This document shows, one piece after another, positions 52,985 to 64,000 of a stretch of DNA of 64,000 bases. The first letter of the stretch is position 1. Each line of letters starts with the position of its first letter. Position numbers and translations under genes: made by a program. Below the pieces are notes generated by a model. That model made no database searches, had not been told where the DNA came from, and worked only from the letters and a program-made list of their open reading frames with translations. Source of the stretch: Octopus vulgaris (Eukaryota); NCBI GenBank assembly GCA_951406725.2, contig OX597814.1, positions 126,542,001 to 126,606,000 of the forward strand, read 5' to 3'.

Positions 52985-53635
52985 CAAGAAATTAGAACCC
53001 ACAGTATGGTGGAAACCATAGCCACTCATAATAAAAAGGAATACTGGTGGAACATCCCAGTAAAAACCTCAATAAAATATAAACACAATAGACCTGATAT
53101 AATGATTTGGGATAGAGAAGAGAAACTATGTACAGTTGTGAAAATCGGCTGCCCAGTGGATGCTAACATAAAGCTGAAGTTAAGTGCAAAAGAGAATACC
53201 TATGCTGAACTATTGAGAAATCTGCAGTTACACTATCCAGATTATAAGATCAGGTTTATACTTGTAATTATTGGAGCCCTGGGATATGTAACACACTGCC
53301 AAAATACACATCATGAGAGAATAGGCTTCTCAAAACCAGAAAGGAGAAAGATGATTTGAAGACTACAAATCCAAGCCATTACTGAAACCATAAAAATCTA
53401 TAAAACTTTCCAGAAGTTTATCATTTAAATATATATGAGCATGTCTAGATATGCAAGTATATGCATGAGAAGGCATACAAATCTGTATACATACATACAT
53501 ACACGCACATACATACATACATACATACATGCAAAAATACCCTATTGCTGATGTCGAAAGGAGCCTTGGATTTAGGTTAGAAACCAGCTCTTTCTCTATT
53601 GGTAAGAAATCTTGAAATAAAACTGAATTATAACA
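52985..53635 (+). mobile_element. 3' fragment of a restriction-like-endonuclease (R4/Dong/NeSL-type) non-LTR element
   Basis: HNRPDIMIWD...KENTYAELL...VIIGALG is the RLE PD..K..Y motif set; flanked by (TACA)n; the 3' end recurs inverted at ~40715-40765. Confidence 0.75.
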
Positions 53636-55469
53636 TACATATATATATATATATACATATGATTTTGGTGTTCAGTCCTACTGCGTGACATCTTGGGCAA
53701 GTGTCTTCTCCTACCTTTCACTATAGCTCTGGACTAACCAAGATTTTGTGAGTAAACTTGGTAAATGAAAGAAGAAACCTTTCATGTGTGTGTGTGTGTG
53801 TGAGTGTACATGGATGTGTCTCTCCTTGTCATGACATCATATGATATTTGTAAATGAACATCACCATTATACAAGCAGTGTCCTTGGAAAACATGTCCAA
53901 CCATGTGTAAATATTACTTTCTGGAAGCAGGTGAGGTTTCACGACAGGAAGGGCACTTGTTTTATTTATTCTACTTTTCTCAAGCCCTAGATTGCCTGGT
54001 TTCCAAGGCATGCAGGTGAGTTAAATTACAATAATCCTGCTAAACAGGACGCCAATCTGTTGCAGTTTTCAAGGCAGGCAATTTTTGAGGTGAGAGGGGA
54101 AAAATCAAGTACATGGACCCCAAAGAGATGAAAGGCAAAGTTGATATCTGCAGCATTGGTTCAGGAACAAAATTTGCTTTGTGGGTGCAAACCCAGGTCC
54201 AGAAGTTTTTACAAACAAGGTCTTTCCATTTATTTTTGTTCTTTATTCTTTGAGAAGGAACCTATCTTCAAACTACTTTTTACAGATCACTTTTTACACA
54301 CTGTTTTCTAAGCCTGAGAAAAGTAAGTAGGGGAGCAAATTTTGATTTTGTACTCCCCCAAAATTCTAGGAGGTGCACTTGCATCCCCCACACCCCCTGT
54401 TCCTGGGGATATGATCTGCAGGATTTGAACTCAGCACATAAAGAACAAGAGGAGATGCCACTAAACATTTTGTCCAACATACTAACAATTCTGTTAAATC
54501 ACTTGCCTTAGGAAAGACATAGTCATAGAAAATTAGTGTCAATCAATTCTACCTGGATCATGAAAGCATGGAAAAGCAAGCATTAAAATTACAATGATGA
54601 TGGCAATTATGATAATGATATATATATATGTGTATGTGCTTTTGTGTAAAAAAATGTGTATATATGTGTGTGTATCTAATATACATGCATATTCATGTTT
54701 TTATGTGTATGTACAAACACACACACATGCGTGTGTATTCATAAGCAGACACATATATTTAACCTGATGTAGTACATGGGCTCTATATCACCAGTAATAC
54801 AATAGTATTTCTCTGTCAATTGTGAGATTAAACAGAACAACTCAGCACATATTTATTTTACGTGAACAGTGACAATTCTTGTGCAGACAGACAGCACCAA
54901 CACCTTGACGACATAATTAAAAAAGACAAATAGAATAATAATCTTTCTCAATAAAACATAAAATTTCAGACCATTCATTTTTAAAAGTTGTATTAAAAAA
55001 ATTCTCTAACCAGTTTGACTAAATGAGAACAGTGTAAACCAGTAAATGTGGTATGCATGACTGCTCTGCAAAGAAATAGGAGTAGGAGGTTGCAAATAAT
55101 TGAATTGTTTGTTCAGTTAAGGTTAATGGTTGCCAGTGTAAGAAATATGTATAGTTATTAGTATGAGCAGTACAGTGTAAGGGAATGTAAGGTATTATTC
55201 ACATACAAAACTGTAGCAACTAACTATTGAAATGCTGTCCTCAATACGATATAACAGGTTTGTCAGGTTTCTAGAGGTGGGTGCCTTTATAGAACTATTT
55301 AAATAATAGGACATGTCAACCTGAACTAAAATTATTAATGGTGGTAGAAGTAGAAAGAAACAATGACTGTGAAAAGTAGTGCAAAAGAAATTACCAAAGT
55401 AGGAAATTTATATTTAGTGTAGACTCTCTAAGATATCTCACGTAGATCCATACATGTTCTATTTTTAAA

Positions 55470-57000
55470 CTATAATATGCACAGATCCACATATACCATA
55501 GGTCTATATCTACATTTGCATACCTTAATACTATATCTGTGATATGCATACCTCAATACTGTGCCTATGATACAGTACACACCTGGGACACACGCTGTTC
55601 CAGATATACACATCTGGAACACATACTGTTCCAGATATACACATCTGGGACACACACTGTTCCAGATATGAGAGCAGTACTCAATCATATGTCTAGGAAA
55701 AGGATCAGTAACGTCTTTCTATAATGACTGATTATTTTTATGTTTGCCCATGGCCCATCGATATTTCATATTGTCATATGCTACACATAGAATAACCCTG
55801 CATTACTCTCCTTTCCATCATTAGCAATGCATACAGATGCAAAAATTAAAGAAATTGTGATACAAAGGACCATCTAAAAGTAATCAATTGTTCAATAGCT
55901 CACAAGTACATTAAATTAATTCAACTCATGCTAGCATGACAGTGGACATTGAATAATAATGATGATAATGATAGTCTACATGCAGACTAATGTGGATTTA
56001 GATTGTTTGCAGGTATAGTAGCAGTTCAGTCTCAGGCATGGGAGCTGTATTGTAGTGTGGATATAAGATGTAAGTGTAGAAGCACTGTCTTGGATATGTG
56101 AGTAGTGTTCTAATATGAATCTAGGATGTTTCAGCATGTAATAATAGAACAGTTCTGGAGATATGAACACTACCCTAATGAAGATCTAAAATGTTTATAT
56201 GGGTGCTTTGTAACAGCACTACCCTAGATATCTGAGCAGTATTATAATGTAGGTTTAGAATATTTGTATCAGTGTGTATATTTGGGGACCATAGTTGTAA
56301 GCAGTAGTCTAGGTGACTGGGAACAAATGTTCACTACAAAAGCAGCATGATTTCCTGTTGTCTTGTATTGAATGATCTGAGGATCCATCCTGCTATTCTT
56401 TTGTATATCATCGTTGTCTTGGTAATGCATACATGTTTATATGAACATGTGATAAAGCCCTCAAAGTCACTAAAGTGCTATACCTAACAATCTCTGATGA
56501 TCTCTGTAAGTGATACCACATGAATAATATAGTGAAAAAAAAGGGGGAAGTTTCTTTTTCAGGGCCAAAAAATATTCCAGGTCTGACTGGTCAATGATAC
56601 CCTATGACGATCAAATATTACCCATCATAGGGTATTGCTCTCACATTGGAGACAGTGCTGCTGCAACATAGAAACATCCTAGAGCACATTGAAAAGAAGG
56701 CAATTGAAATAATTGAAAAAGCTACACCTGCCAACATACTTCAACCTCTGTCCCATAGATGTCCTGTCTCCTCACTGTCAGTTCTGTCACCACTTCAATG
56801 GTCTCTGTTCCTCTAAACTAGCAAGTTGCATACAATCTGCATCACTACATAGACCAACTAGACTCGTGTCTCTTGCTCATATTACTCCTTCTTCATCCCA
56901 CCTATCAAGTTCCTGTCCTAACAACAGCAATCAATACTTTCATCCCAGAGTATCAGTTCTTTCTGTTAAATTTCTGCAGATATTGATTAAGACATTTTCA
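55470..57000. mobile_element. Cluster of degenerate CR1/L2-like RT C-terminal fragments in both orientations, including a ~30-bp tandem triplication at 55580-55670
   Basis: IEYCSHIW (55688, -), LEHYSHIQ (~56110, -), PIIGYCSHI...LEHIEKKAIEII (~56620-56715, +). Confidence 0.55.
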
Positions 57001-57272
57001 AACTAACCAACAGCTATATCACTTTAACAAGTCTAGAATTATCCATGAACAACATGGACACTACCCTTCTCTCCCAACTAAACTTTCAGAAAATACTCCA
57101 ACTTGTAACAAACACAGATTGTATACTACTGAACTTCCTGTTTTCTTTGTTCTCATTTTATAGAAAAACTTCTGGAACTATTGCATTCCTTATTCTAAGC
57201 CTCTAAAAAATATTACTGGAACTACTTCAGTCCTGAACTGCTTGATGATCTTCAACTAAGTCAAAAATGTTC

Positions 57273-57440
57273 ACAGGAGTGGCTGTGTAGTAAGTAGCTT
57301 GCTTACCAACCACATGGTTCTGGGTTCAGTTCCACTGCGTGGCACCTTGGGCAAGTGTCCTCTACTATAGCTTCGGGCCGACCAAAGCCTTGTGAGTGGA
57401 TTTGGTAGACAGAAACTGAAAGAAGTCTGTCATATATATG

Positions 57441-57505
<65 letters not shown>

Positions 57506-57720
57506 ATGTATGTATATGTTTGTGTCTGTCCCTCCAACATTGCTTGACAACTAATGCTGGTGTGTTTACGTCCCCGTCACTTAGCGTTTTGGCAAGAGAG
57601 ACCGGTAGAATAAGTACTAGGCTTACAAAGAATAAGTCCTGGGGTCGATTTGCTCAACTAAAGGTGGTGCTCCAGCATGGCCACAGTCAAATGACTGAAA
57701 CAAATAAAAGAATAAAAGAA
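57273..57720 (+). mobile_element. tRNA-derived SINE family 1, full length with internal microsatellite
   Basis: A/B-box-like head tggctgtgtagtaag...gggttcagttcc and tail gactgaaacaaataaaaga. Other copies at ~4120(+), 19885(-), 20895(-), 22450(-), 30628(-), 32150(+), 36678(+), 46605(+), 53660(+) and 58630(-). Confidence 0.9.
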
Positions 57721-60019
57721 TATCTAGGATGGTGCTCCTGTTACCCATTCAAACATCCTAAGCCACAAGCAGAAGAAAGCCATATGACTGATTGACAACA
57801 CAACTAGTATTTCAGAGATACACACTCTCTCTCTCTCCCTCCCTCCACCTTCCCTCCTTCTCCCACCTCCATTCTACCTGTTATAATGACTTCTACTCAT
57901 CAGCTGAGTATCACCTCTGCCCAAACTGATTGATATACTTGACTCTCCTTCTTCCATCATCTCAACAATGTATTTTCCTTAGCCCACTACATTAAACATT
58001 TCTCAAATTTTTCAACCTGAAAATTGAAACCTTCCAGAATTCTGACCCTGAACTTGTTTACTCAATGGACATTAACCTACAAAAGTTCACTTAAATATCA
58101 GTCACCTCAACTTTATAATTTCAGGAAGACCTGCACAGGTTAAAGGGAGCTTCTCCTGCTCACACGACTACATAATACAGAAAGAAATATATATTATAAA
58201 GTATCACTTGCATTGTCATGTATTCCTGTTACCTGCATATAAACAGTATTACATCAGTATTGTTATCTATTGACTCTATGTATACACCAGTTCTTACACA
58301 TGTATGTATGTAGACTCATCATCATCGTCATCATCATCATCATCTCTGTCATTATAATGTTCGCTTTTTCTATACTCGCATGGGTTAGATAAAGGTTATT
58401 AACGTAGATTTTTTATAGTGAGGTGCCCTTCCAATCACCAATCTTTACCTGTTTCCCAGCAAGGTAATATTTCCCCATGGTCAGACATATTTTTGCAGAA
58501 TATTGGAAATGAAGGGCATTCATTTACAACAATCATGCAATGTCAAGACAAGAATCCCCAAACATTCACACACAATCACACACATGTATGTATGTATGTA
58601 TGTATATACATATGTATGTATGTTTGTATAAGAATAGGCTTCTTTCAGTTTTTGTTCACCAAATTCACTCACAAGGCATTGGTTGGCTTGGCTATAGTAG
58701 AAGACACTTATCAAAAGAATCTCACAATGAAATTGAACCCAAAACTATATGGTTCGGAAATAGATTTTTTAGCCGCACAGCCACACCCATGCCATATGTA
58801 TACAGATATATGCAATGTGCATTTATATGTAAAGATGCACAAATAAAGGAAGACATTGGATGCATTTTATGGTAGGAAGTGACGGATTGAATGATGACAA
58901 AATGATAGCCTGCTTACAAAGATTCCTAGAAATAAGAGAAAATTTCTTTTAACAAAGTGACATAATTAGTGATGGAGGTGGGTCTTGGGAAACAGTTTGT
59001 GGACCAGACAAAACAGTATGAGTAATCTATGGTGAGAAGCATGCAATTACCAACACATCACAGCATAACTGTGACCAGGACCTGCGTAAAAGTGTTCCAT
59101 TCAATTACTAGTTGAAGAGACAGACTTCTTTTAAAGAAAATTATAGTTATATAATCATAAATATTATTTTAGTTTACAGAGATTTTACCATACCATGTGG
59201 AGGCATTTTGTAAACAATTTTGGTCAATTCAGACATTCTGAAAATTGTTGTCCATTTTCAATGATAGAAGTATAAATGCATTGGAATTTCAACAAATAGC
59301 AGTAGTTGTTGGTATAATAATGATGGTGTTAATGGTATTAGTGATGGTGATGATACTGGTGGTGGTGGTTGTGGTGGTGCTGATGTACATGTTTGTATAT
59401 ATAGGTACATCAACTACAAAAAAATCTTCCCTGGTCTTCAGCAACCCCAACACAACTTACAAATGTTATTGGCTTCACCAACCTACGGAGATGTAATATG
59501 CCTGAACACAAGACCAATACTTTTTGAAGAAAAATGGTCTGACATTGCCCATTATACTACTGAAGGATAAATAATCCCAGAAGGATAAATAAGCATTATT
59601 ATAAAATCATAATACAATAATATATATATATATGTATATATTATTGTTTAGTCCCATGTCTTAAAAATAATACCAGAACTATATCTGATGAATTGCACAT
59701 GGACCTAAATAATAATATACATGTGTGTTCATGAGTGTGTGTGAGTGTATATACATGTGTGTGTACGTGTGCGTGTATGTGTGTGTGTGTGTGTGCATGC
59801 AGACATACATACACACCACATTCATAAATATATGCATACATATACTCCCACACACTTGCACATCAACATTTTGCATTCACTTTTCCCATGGTGAAATGAA
59901 GTGGACAAGAATTCTCAAAGCAAGGTACTGTTTTCACGTGTTAAACTGCTGACTTATCTACCAAACTTTTTGGTTATCGAAGACATAAGCACAAAGACAC
60001 ACAGAGACAGATATGCATA

Positions 60020-60051
<32 letters not shown>

Positions 60052-60735
60052 AATGCATATGTGATAGATTTCTTCAAGTCTCCATCTATGGGAATGTTAG
60101 TTGTGACACATCAATACAGCCATAATGAAGTAACTCAATTCTGATAAGGACAATAGATCAGCAGCAATGAAGCAGCTTTCTGGTGGGGAGGAAGGGTGTT
60201 TTTTTTCCTTCTTTTCCCAGTCATAAAAATATCCCATTCAATAACTTTCTGAGCACTAGGAAAATCACCAAGAAGTTGACTTCACTAAATCAACTGCTAC
60301 CACACAGCAAACAGAATATTCAAAGAACAAACTGCTCACAGCCTTTGCAAAAGTATTGCTGTAACACAAGTTTCCATCTTACTGTACAGAGAACAACAAC
60401 CAATAGAGATAAAGAAAACAAGATGCCCTATTGATTAATAGCTTGGCATATATTCTGAAAAGACCATTGGAAGAGAATATATTGTACACCTTAGTCATCA
60501 TGAATACTTCTTTCTATGATTTCTTCTCCATAAAGTGCAAAGTTTAAGTTCATCTCATGATCATTGAATAATCATAAGTTAAGTTTGCACACCCAACAGA
60601 AAAACATACTTACTATTTAGATTACTGGAGAATGATACATAGTAGAATGCAATATAGTCAGCAGCTTCTTTATCTTTAACTGCTAAGTGGTTTAAGGCTC
60701 TATTCTTTGCACTGTTAAAACATAATCAGCCATCC

Positions 60736-61034
60736 GTTGCCCTTTTCAAGCCTAGCCAGGCTCATGGGCCTGGTTTCTGTGGCATATGTGTTCCCCACAG
60801 CTGGACGGGACGCCAGTCCATCGCAGCATTACTCAAGAAACAGGAAGAGAGAGTGAGAGAAAGTTGTGGCAAAAGAGTACAACAGGGGTCACCACCACCC
60901 CCTGCTGGAGCCTCGTGGAGCTTTTAGGGCTTTTTGCTCAATAAACACACACAACACCCGGTCTGGGAGTCAAAACCGCGATCCTCCGACTGCGAGTCCG
61001 CTGCCCTAACCACTGGACCATTGCGCCTCCATGT
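60736..61034 (-). mobile_element. tRNA-derived SINE family 3 with 14-bp TSD
   Basis: Head ggaggcgcaatggtccagtggttagggcagcggactcgcag; TSD ataatcagccatcc at 60722-60735 and 61035-61048. Related heads at ~41672(+), ~50770(+) and ~15550(-). Confidence 0.85.
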
Positions 61035-61879
61035 ATAATCAGCCATCCAGTCCACTTCAATTCTGGTTCAGAGTTGTGCTGACTATACCAAAGATTTGAA
61101 GCATCAAGTTCAGCAATGGTATCCTGGCATGGAAATCGGATATATAGATGAAATTTACAATGCAGCTCTCATCAACCAGCTTAAGAATACAAATAACCAA
61201 GAACTTCAGAGAATATTGATTCCTCCAACTACATTGGCGTCCTTAATACACTAATGGAAATTTTGAAAGTGGCATCATATAATGTTTGGACGAAATTTAT
61301 AAACAATAGAAACATTTAATGATTCACTACACAAGTTTCCACAATTCACATGTGTTTTAAGATCACAGTCCATATTCCTGAGATGATTACAGTGTAGTCT
61401 GCGGTATCCGTGAGCATTGGGTAGGTTATCTTCATGGATTCATTTCTTCAGGCGATATAACATTAATGGATGTTTATCAGAAAGCTGTCTATCCCTTTTG
61501 ACCAATGTGAAGTTTGATTGAGTTATGTGGATATTTCTGTGTGTATTTGTTGGGGATGAGAGGAAGATGATGGAAAGAGAAGAAGAAATGGTAGTTATAT
61601 GGGGATGGAGGTGTGTGTGGTAATGCTGGACTTATTTTGTTATTCATTCTGCAGATATTAAGGATGAGTAGTACATTCCTTTGTTTGATCTCATTCAAGA
61701 TATGACTACCTTCAAAGAATTCTGAAGTAAACAGGTCAGTAGGTACAGCCATCAGCTGTCGGTGTTCATTGTCTGAACTGATAAACATACTTTCTTAGGG
61801 TGACCTTTTAATTGTTTCTGATGGTACAGTGTACAGCATCTTAAACGTTGGTTTGTTTGTTTGTGTTCCTTCCTTGTTC

Positions 61880-62290
61880 TATAATATACTAAGGGCAGAT
61901 GATGTTATTCTGTTTCAAAATATATTTTACAAATTCCAGAATCGATGTTTTGCTTTTATGTCTACATGATATGATCACCTCAGTGTGTCTATTTATCTTG
62001 TTTTCCTTGGATGTCATGATTTCCGGGGTTTCTTCAAGACATAAGTTGCATGCCCATGATGTTCCATAGTATGTTCTGTTGTATAATACACCAGTGGGTC
62101 ATACGCTCAACTCCATTCAGTTTGAGCCTCCAGACGAGGTTTGATAGTGATGTGGAGTGCCTTTTGTTTATATTGGAAAATAATGTAAGAGGTTATGTGA
62201 CAATTCTTCATGGTGTCTCCGGTGCCACCAATATACATGTATTTCTGCATACCTGCCTTCACAGAAGGATCCTATTTTGAAGGACACTAG
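61880..62290 (-). mobile_element. Degenerate Penelope-like fragment (GIY-YIG endonuclease plus RT-like remnant)
   Basis: Minus strand YIGGTG...RHSTSLSNLVWRLKLNG...CNLCLEE, then ILEFVKYILKQNN. Confidence 0.65.
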
Positions 62291-62508
62291 AGTTTTGTAC
62301 TTCTTTGAAATTAATAAATGTCACTTCTGAAAAAATCTCAAAACTCTGGAATGCACAAAACTCTCAAACCTTGAGTCACTTTATTAATTCTGCTAGATAT
62401 TAATAAAAATATATTTATATATATATGTATGTACATATATACATGTGTGTATGCACGTGCATGTGTGTGTATATGATTTGTTTCATCATACTTTTCACAA
62501 CAACCACA

Positions 62509-62593
62509 AACCTCTGATGAGTGCAGGGTTACATAATCGGACTGTTACCTAACACTCCATTGAAACCCTAGTGTGAAACCAATTCATAAGATT
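62509..62593 (+). ncRNA. Degenerate hammerhead-like motif near Penelope fragment
   Basis: aacct-CTGATGA-gtgcAGGGTT...AACCCTagtgt-GAAA-ccaattcataagatt; stem III and cleavage site are degenerate. Confidence 0.4.
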
Positions 62594-63179
62594 GGCCATA
62601 ATGGATATATAATACAGTACACTTCGATTAATATAGATAAAATTATATATATATATACTATATATATAAACATATACTATATATATATATACTATATAGT
62701 ATATATACACATATACTATAACCATAAATGCTATGCTATATAGCAGTGAGACATGGGCTGTGATTACATAGACAACGTCTGTTGTCTATGCTGTCATGTG
62801 TTGGGTGGTTTGACCAGGGCTGGTAAGCTGAGGGGCTGCACTAGGTTCCAGTCTGATTTGGCATGGTTTCTACAGCTAGATGCCCTTTCTAACACTAACC
62901 CCTCTGAGAGTGTAATGGGTGCTTTTGTGCCCCACCAGCATGAGTGCTTTTACATGACACCAGTATCTGCCACAACTACGATTTTACTTGGATTGATGAT
63001 CTTCTTCTCGAGTATGGCATATTGCCAAAGGTCTTAGTCATTTGTCATTGTCTCTGTGAGGTCTAATGTTCGAAAGGTGCTTTTTATGTACCATCAGCAT
63101 GGGTGCCAGCATCAGCCATGACTATGATTTCACTTGGCTTGACAGGTCTTCTCAAGCACAGCATATTGATACATATACT

Positions 63180-63221
<42 letters not shown>

Positions 63222-63225
<4 letters not shown>

Positions 63226-64000
63226 CATCCCATGAATAATGCTGTTTTTCTATACTTCTTTATTTTTCAAAATTAAGATATACTCTCCTTCATTTTCTAC
63301 AATGCTCTTCCAATCTATCTGGTAGACTTGCAAGGCCCCTCTTCCAAAATTCACTTGTCTGTGATGAAAAATACTCCTCCAGTATCGTTCCTACCTCATC
63401 TACAGGATTCATATATTTTCTGTTGAAATGATTTTGATGACTGTAGAATTAATAATAATCAGATGGGGCAATGCCCGACAAATATGGAGGGTGGGACATC
63501 ATTTCCCATTCAAATTTCAACCAGCCTTTGGAATGTCATCTTCGCTGTATGTGGCCAAGCATTATCCTGAAGGAAGAGCATTTTTTTTCTTGAAACCAAA
63601 GGTGGTAGTTTTTCTGCTAGTGCTGGCTAAAGCTGCTCAAGCTACTTGCAGTTGATCTCTTTTGTTATTGTTTGGTTTGGGTTTAAAAGTTCAAAGTGCA
63701 CTAAACCTTTCATATCTCACCTAACAGATAACAACACCTTACTTAGGTGAAGACCTTCTTTAGCCTGGGGTGCAGGTGTTTCTCTTTTCCATACTCACTG
63801 TCTTTGGCACTTGACATTTTTATAGAGAACTCATCTCTCATTACCAGTCCCCATTCAGTCCAAAAAAGGTTCATTCGTGAGATGTGACAGTAAAGAACAC
63901 ACATTTACTCTCTGTGTGTGATTAGACTCAGAATGTTTGTGAGGAACCCATAGACCCAATTTGCTGACTTTTACAATGGCACACAGGTGTTGATGAATGG
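63222..64000 (-). mobile_element. Mariner element 3' part inserted in (TA)n, continuing past the window end
   Basis: Minus strand QDNAWPHTA, WEMMSHPPYLSGIAPSDYY (YSPDLAPSD motif); terminus abuts the TA repeat. Confidence 0.85.

Noticed and set aside
54760-59520. Possible 5' exons of gene B (~54764-54812, ~54862-54903, ~59461-59482)
   Set aside because: Splice-like signals exist but phases could not be chained to the 48304 exon, and one implied intron is only 49 nt.
60950-61031. tRNA gene
   Set aside because: It is the tRNA-derived head of a SINE with TSDs, not a complete cloverleaf.

Overview
AT-rich, microsatellite-dense animal genomic DNA. The SINE, RTE-tail and Penelope repertoire suggests a coleoid cephalopod, most likely Octopus (inference). 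I can reconstruct two convergent spliced genes by hand. Gene A (+; exons 9308-9930 and 14636-14863) encodes a two-Ig-domain, single-pass membrane protein. Gene B (-; 11 exons from 48304 down to 16758, 641 aa modelled, 5' end not found) is an uncharacterised protein with a 9-nt microexon, a frame-coupled 10-nt + 29-nt exon pair and a 31-aa tandem repeat. The rest is decayed mobile DNA: hAT, Tigger/pogo, two mariners, piggyBac-like MITEs, a long-TIR element, RTE, CR1/L2, an R4/Dong-like RLE fragment, Penelope-like GIY-YIG fragments and several SINE families. The most notable non-coding signals are minimal hammerhead-ribozyme motifs next to the Penelope fragments (one within a ~190-bp palindrome) and a 29-bp intronic minisatellite carrying an AP-1 site and TTAGGG in most units. 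Most ORFs in the supplied track are microsatellite or SINE artefacts. There is no CRISPR array, rRNA or intact tRNA gene.
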